64,000 bases of DNA from Catajapyx aquilonaris (Eukaryota). Below, in pieces: positions 25,451 through 39,791 of the stretch. The first letter of the stretch is position 1; every line of letters starts with the position of its first letter. The translations under genes and the position numbers were made by a program. The notes under the pieces were generated by a model. The model did no database searches. It was not told where the DNA came from and saw nothing but the letters and a program-made list of their open reading frames with translations. Location of the stretch: assembly GCA_000934665.2 (NCBI GenBank), contig KZ538423.1, positions 1 through 64,000 of the forward strand. The letters are read 5' to 3'.

Positions 25451-26125
25451 CTAGGGGGAAGAGCACACCCACGCCACTTACTAGAATGAAAGGAGAGATA
25501 TTTGCCCAGCCGTCCACACATATCACTGGCATCCCGGGGTCAGTCGTATTGGGGAAAGCAAGAGAGGTCAAGAGGTTGATGGTAACCCGATCAAAGATTG
25601 CCCATCGAAAAATGAGGCATGATAAGCCCAAATTTCCGGCTTCAACCCCTTCAATCATACATATCAGGGTAGGAATTTATTAGAAATCTTGGTTGCCAGA
25701 ATGTGATTAAAGATGCTATCGCGGAAGAGCTAATGGAGTGCAAAGTAATAATTATCCTGAGGAGATTGCCACCGTTAATACGAATATAATCGGATCTAGT
25801 CCCTTGCCTCTGGATACTCCTAGTCGGCTATACGGTGAGGACAATCTGGTGGTGGGGACAAGACTGTAATACGCCAGAGTGACATACTGTGTTACAATTT
25901 AATTGCATTATTTTAAAGTAAACAGTTCGTTCGTTTTGTTTCCAGGAAACAATGTACGTAACTGGATCCTTCACAACCCTACACGTAAGTCGAATTTTTT
26001 TACGTAACTCGGAGCAATACATACACAAAATTCCGAAATCACAACGCTTTGTGCTAGGTCCCATGTGCCATGGCCTCCAATAAGACAGAGATTGGAAAAG
26101 GACCTGAGAACAGGTATAAAAGTAA

Positions 26126-26660
26126 CAGTTAAATCCGGATATAACATATTTCAAGGGGTCGAGGAAATTAGTCTGTTACAACCGAGGTCTGTTATAGCCA
26201 AATCGCCACTTTTGCCAATAAATCGCAAGTTTTCTGCTTTCATATGCTTATATAATGCACACCACTACATTCTGATTAACGAAACTATCCACGAACGTGC
26301 AAAATTAGCTCACTCGTAACTTAGTCACGACCGCCTTCTTCCGTCTCGTTCTTGCCAAATATACCATACCCGAAAAATAATGCTTTTGACATTTTCTGCA
26401 AGTGTTAGATCAGTGACAGATGGGAAAATCACCCGCGCTCCAGTAATGAAGTGATTTCCATGTGTGGGGAAGGAAGCTAAGTGATCAAACACAGCATATT
26501 TTTCCAAGAAATTGTCTGTTATAGCCGAGGTGAGGTGACAACAAGTCTGTTATATCATGAGTAAAAATACAGAGGGCCTTATGGATGTATGTCGGGACCG
26601 GCCTTTCTGTTATAACCGAAAGTCTGGTACAGCCGAAGCTGTTATATCATGAGTCAACTG
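26126..26660 (+). mobile_element. pogo-like non-autonomous DNA transposon, copy 1
   Basis: Termini CAGTT.A.TCCGGATATAAC / GTTATATC...AGTCAACTG-TA with gttata.cc subrepeats. Interior shared in reverse with 37890-38627. Confidence 0.7.
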
Positions 26661-27839
26661 TATTATGGGGTTTCGGAATCCCGCGTAGGCCTACCAGTGT
26701 GTTCCGCGAATTCTGTGAATTACATAAGTCCGAATCTCCGTAAGTCTAGGCTACGTAAGTCCGTCCTGTGTGGCAAAAATGGCTGAAATTATTGATGCCA
26801 TCGTGACACCTTGACACCTTGACACCCCCACCATTTTAAACATCGCGAACGTTACTCGAATAATCCAGCCGTTTCGGGGAATGAGACTATGGGCCCTGGA
26901 CCATGGAGGCGGAGATGGTCGCGTTGATTTTTCCGGTCGCTCTGTAGCAGCAGCAGTCAGGATGCAGCATGCCCATGATCCGGTGCCGGCCTAGTCTTTG
27001 GCCACAGAGGCAATCCCGTAACTGGGCCTGATTAAAACTTGGCGTCCCCAAACGGTCGTCCCCCCGTCCACAAAATCACGCCCGCTTTCCCCTCCGCCCT
27101 GACCACTCGAACATTCCCAAACAAACCCAGAACGGTCCACCGGCCCAGTTGGAAACAACATGCCACATAATTACAACTAGCCCACTTTAAAGGGATTTTC
27201 TCACCTTTTCCCTCACTCCAACGTCACTTGCATGCTTCCAAAGCTCTTTTTTCTCTGTGTGTGTACACGCTCATTTCATTCATCAACTCCAATTAATTTG
27301 TGGCACACTTATGTAACTAACTGATTGAGAGGGGTCAGACATATTCGACAATTAAGTGCACAAATATTTTGTTAGTATACAGGCTAAATTGCCCCCCCCC
27401 CCCCCCCCNCCCGAACATCTTCTAGCCATAGACATCAGGTAAGGGGTCCCACAGCCATGTCCGATTGGAGCCGTAGCTCTTGTGCAGATCCTGATGAGCC
27501 TCCTAAATTACAGTCGGCACGGGACCAACCATCGTAATCTCCGAGGCACAATCCCAAGCTCTCAGGTCCCTCCCTGACTTCTTCTATAGTCTCCAATCTT
27601 TTCCAGTCCGAAAAACCCTGGACCTTGGACCCGTACCCGTCATGCGCGGGGATTAATTTATGGCTTTTCTTTCTCGAACGTGACTCGAATCGGGGGGGTG
27701 TCGGACGCGAAATGAACATGTCGGAAATTAGAGTGTCGACAAGGGGGGAAAAAATTGGTTCAGTAGGTTTTACAACTAGTTCTGGGTGTTAGGTATGACG
27801 CTGTTTTGTACTGAACATGTCTGATCATACCAGTGACCT

Positions 27840-28655
27840 TTAGGAACGTGACTGCTATAAGAATGTGACCGTTAGAAAAATCACCGTTAAAAAAGCAACC
27901 GATAGGGAAATTACCGTTAGGAAAGTTACCTTAGGAAAAGTGACTGACCGTTAAGAATGTGACCGTTACAAAAATGACCGTTAGAAAGTAACCGTTAGGA
28001 AAGTAACCTTTAGGAAAGTAACTGTTGGAAAAGTGACTGTTAGGAATGTGATCGTTAAGAATGTGACCGTTAGAAAAATGACCGCTAAAAAGTAACCGAT
28101 AGGGGAATAACCGTTAGGAAAGTAACTGTTGGAAAAGTGACTGTTAGGAATGTGATCGTTAAGAATGTGACCCGTTAAAAGGCAACCGATAGGGAAATAT
28201 TACCGTTAGGCAAGTAACCGTTGGAAAAGTGACTGTTAGGAATGTGACCGTTAGAAAAATGACCGTTAAAAAGTAACCGATAGGGGAATAACCGTTAGGA
28301 AAGTAACTGTTGGAAAAGTGACTGTTAGGAATGTAATCGTTAAGAATGTGACCGTTAGAAAAATGACCGGTAAAAGGCAATAACCGATAGGGAAATATTA
28401 CCGTTAGGAAAGTAACCGTTGGAAAAGTGACTGTTAGGAATGTGATCGTTAAAAAAGTAACATATAGAGAAATTACCGTTAGGAAAGTGGCCGTTAGTAT
28501 TGTGATCGTTAAGAATGTGACCGTTAGTATTGTGATCGTTAAGAATGTGACCGTTAGAAAAACGACCGTTAGGGACATTACCGTTAGGAAAGTAACCATT
28601 AGCAAAGTGGCAGTTCGAAATGTAACCGGTAGAAAAATGACCGTTAGGAAAGTTC
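27840..28655. repeat. 15-bp tandem array (TRACCGTTAGGAAAG-like, ~50 units) in intron 2
   Basis: Directly visible 15-nt periodicity. Confidence 0.95.
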
Positions 28656-29186
28656 CAGAGTCGTTCAACCGTCATCTGAGAGGAAAAAGCCCTGCCGGGC
28701 TCTGCCGGTAGAGCGGTAGTGTATCAGTCAGATTCTATTGAGCCCAAAAATGGCCCAATTAACAGGCCCAATTATTTATCGGGAATTTTCCCAGCATTCC
28801 AAAAAAAACGCAGAGGCGATGAACATCTGGCCCTCTCTGATGCCGGTCTCTCTGTGTGTGTCCATCGGCCTCATATCCACGCGCCAACACCCCCCAACAA
28901 AAGGGAGGGCCTACACACATTCCGACCTTAATTTCATTCATGATACATAGTAGCAGAGGCCCACCCGACGTCCGATGCTGATTAGAATATAGTGCCTTCG
29001 CTTGCTAATGCCGAGCCTTCGAATTATGTGGGTTCACTTCCCATTGAAATTTTCATTACCTCCCAATCTCTAGCTTTCACACCACATGAGCCATTTGATG
29101 CCTTTTTGGGAAGCTGGCTACTGCACTTTTTTATATTCAAAAAAAGCCCCCAATGTAATCCTCCTGGTTGAAGTGGGGTTTTTTTA

Positions 29187-29387
<201 letters not shown>

Positions 29388-29712
29388 TCAGGCCTGTTAG
29401 AACGTGGGTTGGATGGCCGCAAATCGGGGATTCTGCCAAGCACCCTTATAACGTGGCGCGCATTTCAAACAGGCAAAGATCAGAGGAGAAAAGCTGCTTT
29501 AAAAGGATAATGTGCGAGAAATGCCATCGCTGTTTCTATTTCAATAAATAATATTGTTTAAATAACTAAAATCGCCACTAACTTCCCTCACTGTAAATAA
29601 TTCCGATTCAGGTGCCGACTTGGATGTGGTATTTTGTGATCAACAAGTACCGTACGAGTACTGACTTGAAGATGGTATTTGACGCCCAAGTCGGAACATA
29701 AATCGGTACATC

Positions 29713-30082
29713 GTGACCGTTCAGAAAGTAACCGTTATGAAAATGACCATTAGGACAGTAACCATTAGGGACATTACCAGTAGGAAAGCAACCATTTGGA
29801 CAGTGACCGTTAGGAATATGAGCGTTGGAATGTGACAGTTGGAATGTGACCGTTAGAAAAGTGACAGTTGAGAAAATAACCGTTAGTAAAATGACCGTTA
29901 AGAAATCGGTACATCTGATATGTTCATCGGGGCAGTTCGGAAAGTAACCGTTATGAAAATGACAGTTAGTAACCGTTAGTGAAATTACCATTAGGAAAGC
30001 AACCATTTGGACAGTGGCCGTTAGGAATATGACCGTTGGAATGTGACCGTTAGAAAAGTGACCGTTGAGAAAGTAACCATTT
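29713..30082. repeat. Second 15-bp array of the same family, in intron 1
   Basis: Same unit and orientation as 27840-28655. Two related sub-blocks, with aaatcggtacatc duplicated at ~29700 and ~29903. Confidence 0.9.
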
Positions 30083-30765
30083 GGGCTTGCTATAGTTGTG
30101 CATTGCCCAACTGAAATCCCAAAACTGTAAAGCCCCCACCGTCCTTCTGCACTAGTCGCCCACAAATTCTATTTACAGCTCAGAGTGCGTATTATCTCTC
30201 TGGCGCGCGGTATAGCCAATTCCCTCCTTTTCCTTTTCCGAATCGCGCCAAGCCTTTCCCCCGAATATTTGGAACTCTCAGTAAACTATAAATTACCAGG
30301 GAGAAGTAAGAAAATGTGTTTCTGGACTGGAGGGAAAAAGGGGTTTTCTGGCAGATTGCATCTCAGAGCTCTTAGCTGCCTGCAGGCCCACAGCCATACT
30401 TTGGCTCTCTCTTTTTTTTTACTTCTTCTTCTTCTTCTTCTTTCCTTACTTTTTTGGGGAAGGAAAATGGGGAGATGCTGAAGGCCCAAATGGCAAACCC
30501 CACATAGGTCGCTCACTTCTCCGCAGAGTTCTATTTGGTTTCACAAACTACACCCAACTTTGTTCCGCTAAGTTTTGTCAAAATTGGCAGCAGCCGAAGG
30601 GAACGCGGTCTCCGCAGTGTCATGTGCTGGGTTTCAAACAGGATGGAAATCCAGGCCGAAGTCAACTGCTGTTCGTTCAAGGCCCGTACACTTGGATCGC
30701 GCCATTACCATTATACCGAATTGTATACTAACCATATTTTGTATATTAGCTATATGAATTAATAT

Positions 30766-31120
30766 GGGGAGGTGTGGTGGCCGTGATGGTAACGTCACGG
30801 CTTGCTGAGTGAAAGGCCCCAGGTTCGATCCCCGCCTGGGGAACTTTCCTTTCACCTGCGTCAGGAGGGTCTCTGACCTGCACCAAGGAGTTGTCTGGCA
30901 ACCTAACCTCCTGGGGGACAGCACATGACCCATTTGTAGACATTGCACTTGCACCTATGTTCCCTCCCCAATGAATCCCTATCCTTACCCCATGTCCTTT
31001 CGTCCTTGCACCGGAGTAGGAAGAAAAATATATAGAAAATCGAACGAAAAATGGTGGTGTCCCACTCCCCTATAAGGGCCTATGGCCCTATAACGGGGTA
31101 TATATATAAAAATAAATATA
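30766..31120 (+). mobile_element. tRNA-derived SINE type 1, full length
   Basis: A-box TGGCCGTGATGG, B-box GGTTCGATCCC, TA/A-rich tail, perfect 15-bp TSD TATATGAATTAATAT (30751-30765 / 31121-31135). Confidence 0.92.
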
Positions 31121-33169
31121 TATATGAATTAATATGAAGTAATTCATCTCACTTGCGACAAAAAAACCTAGGAAACAGACACACTTGGCCATCATTTCGC
31201 TAGACTTTCTCGGCCGAACTATACCCCGTAATGTTGAAACAATATAAGGGCGAATGTGACTCGGCACCATTGTTACACCGGTTCAGTTCGTCACTGTTGA
31301 ACTGCTATGAAGCGAATTGACAGTCATTGTCCTCCGCTTTATGGACACTACAGATCCGGCGAACAGCTAGGTACAACGGACCTTGGAAACAGCCCCAACA
31401 TGACTGCGATGCTACAAAATGTTTGCACTGTTCCAATATGGAGGAATTATGCCGCAAAATATTCACTTATTTTGGCAAAATCGGGAACAACATTTCTACA
31501 TAAGTAGGAAATATTAGGAATTTGATCAAACACTTTTATTCCGTCGCACATACAATTTTTTGGCCGGTGTCCGTCTTACGAATAATTTTCCACTTTTCTT
31601 GAGATTAATACGCAACACCATCACTAACATTCTTTCAATGTCCGTCCATTAACTCATATTAATCACTGCTCATTATTAGGACAATTTCTCTGGTCCTCCC
31701 GCATCCAAAATTCATTTCCGTTTTTCGCACACTTGGTCACACATCTTTTCTATTATTCAGAATTGTTGCATCAACCTCACTTCAACATTACCAACAATTG
31801 TCCACTTTGTAGAAGAAATATTTGAGCTTGTTGTTAAAATGATATGCGTTAATGTTCGACTCATGGTTGTAAAAAAATAGTTTGAGCATTATTTACAATT
31901 AAACTTTCTTCACATTTTAGTGAAATAGATTGTACATTAGACACAGTTAATTCTAGAAATTTTTCAAAAAATTCTGATATGTGGTTTCCGTTACAAAAAA
32001 ATTCGAAATCCGGCGGTCTTTTGGTTGCACCTACGGGTGTCGAGCAGTCATTCAAATTCATCTAAGTGGATCAAAAATGGATTTCGCCGGTATGTGTTGC
32101 ATTTAGAGGATTCTACAGTAGTTAGTGAGTGTCCTGGTAAAATTTTACACTCTCATTCCTACTTAGAGCTGAGAAATTCGACTTTCTAAAACTGGGCGAG
32201 TAACGGGTCGCGGGAGGTAAAGAGGGTTACGCGTAAAATTTTAACAAATTTCGTCTACTAAGTTGTTTACACTGCTATTACCACCTTAAAAAACATATCT
32301 AACCTCACACCCTTAACAATATAAAAAATGCGACCATGTCCCCTCTAAAAAAAATATTCTTCCCCTCCTTGGGCCGCCCCTGAGGGCAATTTTTCGCGGG
32401 CCACCTCAAATGAGTCTTGGACATGAAACCAGTTTTTCCTCTCCTTCATTGCCCCATTCGCTCAAAAATGAGAAAGAAAAACACACAACCTTCATTGAGT
32501 TTTACAGCCACCGACAATTGGAGCCTCGCCTCAAGACAACCCCAGGTGGAATCACATTTGACAGACCTAAAGCGGAGTAAATTTGTACCCTCCGACCCCC
32601 CCTAAAATAGTCTGAGGAAAAGACGAAAGATCGTGTGTTTCGTCAAGAAGCAGCAGGGAAAGTATAAGGTTAACCAAAAATAAAGCGCTTGGGATGAATG
32701 CAAAATAGGGGGAGAGACTCCTTCCCTTCTTGTCTCCAGGAAAAGAGCTATCATCTTCTAAGCCCCAGGACCAAATCCTGAGGGGGATTGGGGACCCGGG
32801 ATCTTATCGTGACTGGGAATGAAGCAGAATGACAAGCAGCGTTTAATAGGCATATAGTGAGAAGGGGAGGACGTCATGGCTCCAGGGAAAGAGGGGTTGC
32901 TAAATAACGCCATCTTGCGGCTCCCTTGCCTGTTCGCGTCACTAACTTATTGACACACGACTTTTTTTGTGTGTGAAAAATGACAATTTTTCTAGGGGAA
33001 AATATACCCTCCGCCAGTCATCAATCAACCAGACACGTAACATTAGCTGGTTGTATCAACGTGAATTAAGAGTGATTCTGCGATTATGCATTAACCAGAC
33101 GCGAGCAAGGTCCGGATTTGCACTGGAGAAAATTAGTGGCGAAAAGGTGGGGCTCGCGGTCAGGTTAAT

Positions 33170-33960
33170 TTTTGGTTGAGGTTGTCTGGCGGCGGAAAAA
33201 TTCCGCCTCGCGGTAGCTAAATATCGCTCGAAAATTCAGTCTAATTATGTGTAAATATATTATAGTAAACCCGGTTTATTATAACAGGAGGATAACTTAA
33301 CGAAAATGTGTACTATGAGCGCGATGTTATCCGGAAAATTTTCGCCTCGCGGTATAGCTTATCGCTCGGAATTTCAGTCTAATTATGTGTAAAATATATT
33401 CGGGTAAAACCGATTTTAGTATATAACTGGCGGATAACTTACGGAAAAGTTTCCCTGTAATGTACTGTACTCTGAGCGCAGATTTTATCCGGACAACTGT
33501 CATATTTTGGTTGAGGGTGTCTGCTGGCGGAAAAAAGTCGCCTCGCGGTACTAAATATCGCCCGAAATTTTATGTTAATTATCTGTAAATATAACACCGG
33601 TTTATTATAGCCGGCAGATTACGTAAGAAAAATGTGTACAATGAGCGCAAATGTTATCCGGGAAATTTTCGCCTCGCGGTAGCTAAATATCGCTCGAAAT
33701 TTTAGGTTAATTATGTGTAAATATACTAGAGTAAAACAGGTTTATTATAACCGGCAGATTATGTAAGAAAAATGTGTACAATGAGCGCAGATTTTATCCG
33801 GAAAATTTTCGCCTGGCGGAAGCTAAATGCAGTTATCGCTCAAGATTTTAGGCTAATTCTGTGTAATGTCCATTTAATAGGGTTGTTATAACCGACGGAT
33901 AACTTAAGGAAAATGTGTACTATGAGTCCAGATTTTATCCGGACAGCTGTCATATTTCCA
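33170..33960. repeat. ~135-195-bp tandem satellite (5 units) in intron 1
   Basis: ggaaaattttcgcctcgcggtagctaaatatcgctcg recurs at ~33194, 33332, 33529, 33661 and 33800. Confidence 0.9.
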
Positions 33961-34481
33961 TGCCAGACCGCCAGATTGCGTTGCGGTTTCGATAAACATA
34001 TTTACAACAATAAACGCAGCCTTAGTGAATTTTTCGTTCATTTTCCTACCAAAAAGTGTGGGTCCTCACCACTACCAGAAGTCAATCCTCAGCATCCTCA
34101 GGGGGTAACCCGAAACCAGTTCCGGCAATAACGCGTTTTCTACAGATACACAAACCCCCTAGTCTTAATTAGGTGGAGCCATTAGTTATGCCCCATTAGC
34201 CCAAGGTGGAACCATGATTTTCACCTTGCGGACGGTTTGGGGAAAAGCAGCGGGGAGGTGGGTGGTAAAGGGGGGGGGGGGGGGGNNNNNNNGCGGAGAG
34301 GAAAAGAGCATGTCACAGCTACTTTGACACCTGAGCCGTTCAACCGTCGGTAATCTGAGCGGTTATTGTACAATGCCATAAGTTAAAGCAATGGCGCCAA
34401 TTTCAAATTTGGTCTAGCCTCGTTTTCCTAGAGTCTAATGAGGCTGGCCACGTGGCAGTAAATATCGGCGCACCCCCCCTA

Positions 34482-35213
<732 letters not shown>

Positions 35214-35245
35214 CTAGCAACCACACCCGCAACCGGCAGCGGTCG

Positions 35246-35279
35246 CGTCCTCACTGTCTCTTACTGTACGAGGAACTGA
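35246..35279 (-). promoter_or_regulatory. TATA-less Inr+DPE core promoter of the Runx gene (predicted TSS 35277)
   Basis: Minus strand TCAGTT (Inr, A+1=35277), G at +24 and GGACG (RGWYV) exactly at +28..+32, which is the Drosophila-type spacing. Lies 343 nt upstream of the ATG. Confidence 0.7.
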
Positions 35280-37889
35280 CTCATCACCCCCCTCTCACCA
35301 TTTTTCCCCCAACGACCAATAGGGGGAAAAAATGAAAGGGGGACTCTCATGGTGGGTATGACCAACAAATCTGATGGGTACAATCTGGACATTAATGTGG
35401 CGCCAGAAGAAAAAGAGCAAATCTACAAATTTTCCTTCCGGACCACCCCGGACCGTCCCCGGCCCGTCGCGGACCACCCCGGCCCGTCGCGGACCACCTT
35501 CACTTTGGATTAAATTTAGATGGTCATCCAGATAGAAAATTTTGATTTCTTTTTCTACCATGGTGGTGCCACACTGGCAGAAAAAAGTCATCCTAGTCTG
35601 GGTGTCCCACAATTTGTTGGCCATTGCCCACTTCCAGACCAACCAATGTTTGCAGGTCCAAACCTCAGACCACAATAGTATCGACCAAAATCGGCTAAAT
35701 ATTAGCAGTTTTGGACAGTCTGGCAAGAATTGGGACGAAGGAAGCTGCGGGTTGGTTGAGAGAAGAGCGCATTTCCGACATGAACACTAATTAATTGGGT
35801 GCCATTTCCGCAATCACGGACGTGCTTATTGGCTTGGCAGAAACAGTCCGAGTCCTCTCGGTATATTGGGGAGGGCTGCCCCCTTTAGATGGGACATAAA
35901 TTTTCTTACACAAAACGCTCGGGACTCGTGCCAGTGACCAATCTTCGCTTGGCAATTTACAGTGTTATCAACATGCAGTCAACGTAAGTGTTTTGTGATT
36001 TAACTCTGCTGCCCGGAAACTCCTAGCCGCTTTTCCAAGGCGGCATTTAGAGAAACCGCTGCTAATGCCAGCCAAGAACAGCGCGATGCAGTTTGTTACA
36101 ACAGAACTTCATTTACATCAAGACAGTAGGAAGTACTCGCAGAATGACATTAGCTGCAAAATTTGGGCGAGTAGGAAATCATAGCTGAATAGAGATTAGC
36201 AAACTGTTAGATTCAGGTAAAACCTATTGTTGTGTATTATTGATTACAATTCAATATCATCCATGATCAACCAATGTTTGGACAAGTTGAGACGACATTC
36301 ATCAGGGGGGTCAAAGGTAAGATGTTGACATCCATGATGATCTACCTGGAGCAGCATCCCTTATTCTCCGCCTTTGCCACACCTCTTAACGCAAACCCTT
36401 TCTTTGGCCTAAGCGGGCTCCACAGCGGAGGCTTTGGGGGGAGAATCCCCGCTTACCCCCATGATGAAGTGTGGAAGGAAACCTTTAAGGAGCCAAGAGT
36501 TCATTTGTCAAAGTCAAGGCTTAAAGACTTTAAGCCCCAAGGTGCGGAAGAAGAGTGCCAATGCAAATGTCTAAGCCTCAAAATCCAGGAATAGAGCTGG
36601 GGTTCGCAACAGCACGAAATGTGTTATATAAGGGCTTCGTCTCTTCATATGGAAAATGGTGCCCTTTCGTGCCGACAGTGATGATCATGATTGTTTGATA
36701 CTCCTGATGGCTGGTTGTGGTCAGCAGGTCATGATGTAACGAGTGTATGACAGCAACCTGATTTTTTGCGAATTCTGTCCGAAACTAGTAAGGGTGAAAG
36801 TGGCGTGTATGCTCTGCACTAATCCCCCCTGGCCTATAGGGAGGATTAGTGCAGGGCATGCACGCCACTTTCACCCTTATAGTTTTGGCGATTACCTGTT
36901 TCTCCTTAGAACGGCAGAATTGCACAGAAATCATCATAATTATTATCATAATTATCTTGCTATGGACAGTTGGGGCATCTAGTGACACAAAGGTGACCTC
37001 TAGCAGCCTGGACCATCCAAAATCCCAGGTCCCAGTCCTGGAATTGCCTTGAGTGGGTGAAGCCCAGTATAGGAAAGGTGAGCGTGTGAGACTCACCCGT
37101 AGAAAGCACTGAGTGAATTGTCGATGCGGCGAGGGATGTAGGCGAAAGTTGTGGAAATTGAGTGAAATAGTGGGGTCGAGGGAAGGGATGGGTGTGGGGG
37201 GTCGTCCCTGGCTGGCATGCCAAGGTGTCCCCCCTTCGTCTGCTCGGCCTACAAAGCATCTGCCTCAAAGCGACAAGCTCCTTTCGCTCTCCTTCCCCGG
37301 AGAGGCCGCCCTGCAAACCGCAGTGCATCCGAAATGGCCACCTCTGCACTCCAAACCCCTGGCATCCCGATCACCTACCTTAGGTACCTGGGACTAACCC
37401 ACTTCTTCTGACAGAAACAGCAAGACAACGGAACCCGAAAATAGTCTGTAAGTGAAAATTTAAATAGTGAATTCCAAATTCATATCCAGTAACAATGCGA
37501 GTCAAAATGCAGTTTTTTTCACAGGTAGCCCACTGTCTGTCACTGCCAAACAATGTACGTTTGTCGATTCTTTTCGCTTACGCCTCAACGACTCAACCTT
37601 TTCCTGCCCCTCCCTGTCGCAAATGTGCCTAAAGCTATTTGGCGAAGCGTCGACCTGGACAAGTTGATTTCTCAGCCCCCCGCCTTTATAACCAACTTGA
37701 AATACGCAACGGGTGTTTGCTCTTAGCGAAAGGTAAAGAAGTCGAAATATTTGCACACCCAGAGTGCTCCCAACAACGCCACCAACTGTAACGCCCCTAC
37801 TGCTGCCAAAGAAGGCTTCAAATCTCCAAAAAAATATTACATTGTATTAGCATTAGACATACAGGTAATGTAGATCAAAATTACACGCA

Positions 37890-38627
37890 TAATTGACTCC
37901 GGATATAACAGCCTCGACTATAACTTCAGTTATAACATATTAGAAAGGCTGGTCCCGGCAAACTACCATAAGTATGTATGTATTTACTCCTGATATAACA
38001 GACTCATTTTCATCTCACCTCGGCTATAATATACCATTTTTTGCTCCCTCGTTGCGAAAATATGCTGTGTTTTTGATTATTCAACTTCCTCTCCCACTCG
38101 CAGACAGAGAATACTGAGGAAGGTGATTTTAGCATCTGTCACTGATATGTTACTCCAAATCATACTTTTTCTGGTATATTTGGCAAAAAGGAGGCGGCAG
38201 ATTTTCTTTATTTTTGGTCCTGCCTAATTTACGGGTGAGCTAATTTTGCAGTTTTGTGGATAGTTTCATTAATAAATGAGGCGCTTATAACAAAAGTGGC
38301 CCAAGTCAATTTTTGCCACTTTCGAGATACGACCGCCATCACCGTTCAGAAGTTGGTGCAAAATTGGTGTAAGTCCTAAATTAGACATTTGACCAGGAGA
38401 TGGCATAATCTTATTTATGCTTTCCTACGCCATGGAGCATTTCAGGTCAATTTTCGTAGCGATATTTTTGGGGGGGACTTGGGCCCCTTTTCTTTTAATA
38501 GCGCCTCATATGCAGTAGTGTGCATTTTAAGCGTATGGAGATTTCATGTATTCGTTGCAAAAGTGGCGATTTGGCTATAACATACTTTTTACGCAGTTTA
38601 TTGAAGTCTTATATGCGGAGTCAACTG
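37890..38627 (-). mobile_element. pogo-like non-autonomous DNA transposon, copy 2
   Basis: ttgactccggatataac...ttatatgcggagtcaactg-ta. Blocks such as gcaaaagtggcgatttggctataaca are reverse complements of copy 1. Confidence 0.7.
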
Positions 38628-38649
38628 TACTACTTGACTGGACAATTAT

Positions 38650-38947
38650 CAGTAGCATGGAAAACCTCGCCCTTATGCCAGTCCGGATATAGTAAACCTT
38701 TTACGGGCACACTTCGGATGTAGACCCACGCCAGATGATCTCTGATTATTTTAACGACTTTTAACGTCAATTTCATGTCAAACTATTATCTCAGCGGTAC
38801 TTCTTGACGTGAAATTGACGTTAAGAGGCGTTAAAATAACGTCAGAGATCATCTGGCGTGGGAATATGCTGTCTATATCCGAAGTGTGCCCTTAAAAAGG
38901 TCTACTATATCCGGACTGGCATAAGGGCAAGGTTTTCCACACTACTA
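38650..38947. mobile_element. Long-TIR foldback MITE, copy 2
   Basis: Arms share cggatatagt.aaccttttacgggcacac and ttattttaacgactttt with 24131-24449. Confidence 0.88.
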
Positions 38948-39791
38948 TTGTTGGCAATTTTTTGCGAGCTATTTAACGCAGCTTGCGTGCGATTTATCAA
39001 GGACAACTGTTGCAGCACACTGAAACAGTGCAGCACATTGCGGTGGCATGTCATTATCAACTAGTTGGAAGTAGTGACTATAGCATCCAGACACTCCAAT
39101 GATATTATAGTAAACAATGCAACAATCAATTAGACTTGTCCTGCTTTCAGAAACACAGCCCACTTCATCATGACAAATGGAGTCAAAATCCCAGACAGAT
39201 GTCAGATCAAAAGGAGAAAGGATCTAGCAAATGTCTGCTACGATTCCTCTAATTATTAAGGCCAGAAGTCCATTACAGGTGAGCAACCTGAGCCGGGCAA
39301 CGCAACGCCCACAGGTGAGTTGGAGCCCTACAAAATATTCCTTCTCATCGACTCATTCCTTTGACTTCCTCTCCACCTATTCATCCAACCGTATACGCCT
39401 CCCTGGAATTCATCCGAGCAGAAACAAGACCTCCGAAAAAAATAGGAAAATGTTCCAGTGCAAGCAAGCAAGCAAGCTTTCTTGTTGAAGATGAATGCTT
39501 CTAGTACATATGTGCTTGTGTTGAGTTCATTCCTTATACGGGGGCATGGTTCGGAGGCCCACCAACCCTTCTCTGGCAATATGCGCAACTTTGAATGGGG
39601 GAGGAAGAGGGGGTGACAGAAAGGCCAGCTCAGGTGGAATTCCTTTCGGCTCCTGCCTCCTCGTAATTAGGCGCATTCGAGTGCCGAGGAATTGACAGCC
39701 GGCGCACTCAGGCTCACAGAAGAGCTGGGCCTATATACAGAACCAGGGAATATACACTGCGTTTTTAAAACACTAAGAAAATATTACACAA

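Noticed and set aside
28159..28711. Long ORFs with TVTFL/NGHFS pentapeptide-like repeats (also 29608-30165)
   Set aside because: Translation artefact of a 15-bp tandem array. Open in several frames and strands, intronic, with no splice or start support.
30766..30845. tRNA gene candidates (also 24480, 24719, 45042, 57060, 59680-59759)
   Set aside because: They have A/B boxes but I could not build a complete cloverleaf. Most continue into shared bodies, tails or TSDs, so they are SINE heads.
31135..32400. Possible decayed transposase region
   Set aside because: No DDE/RT motif or sustained frame recognisable by eye.
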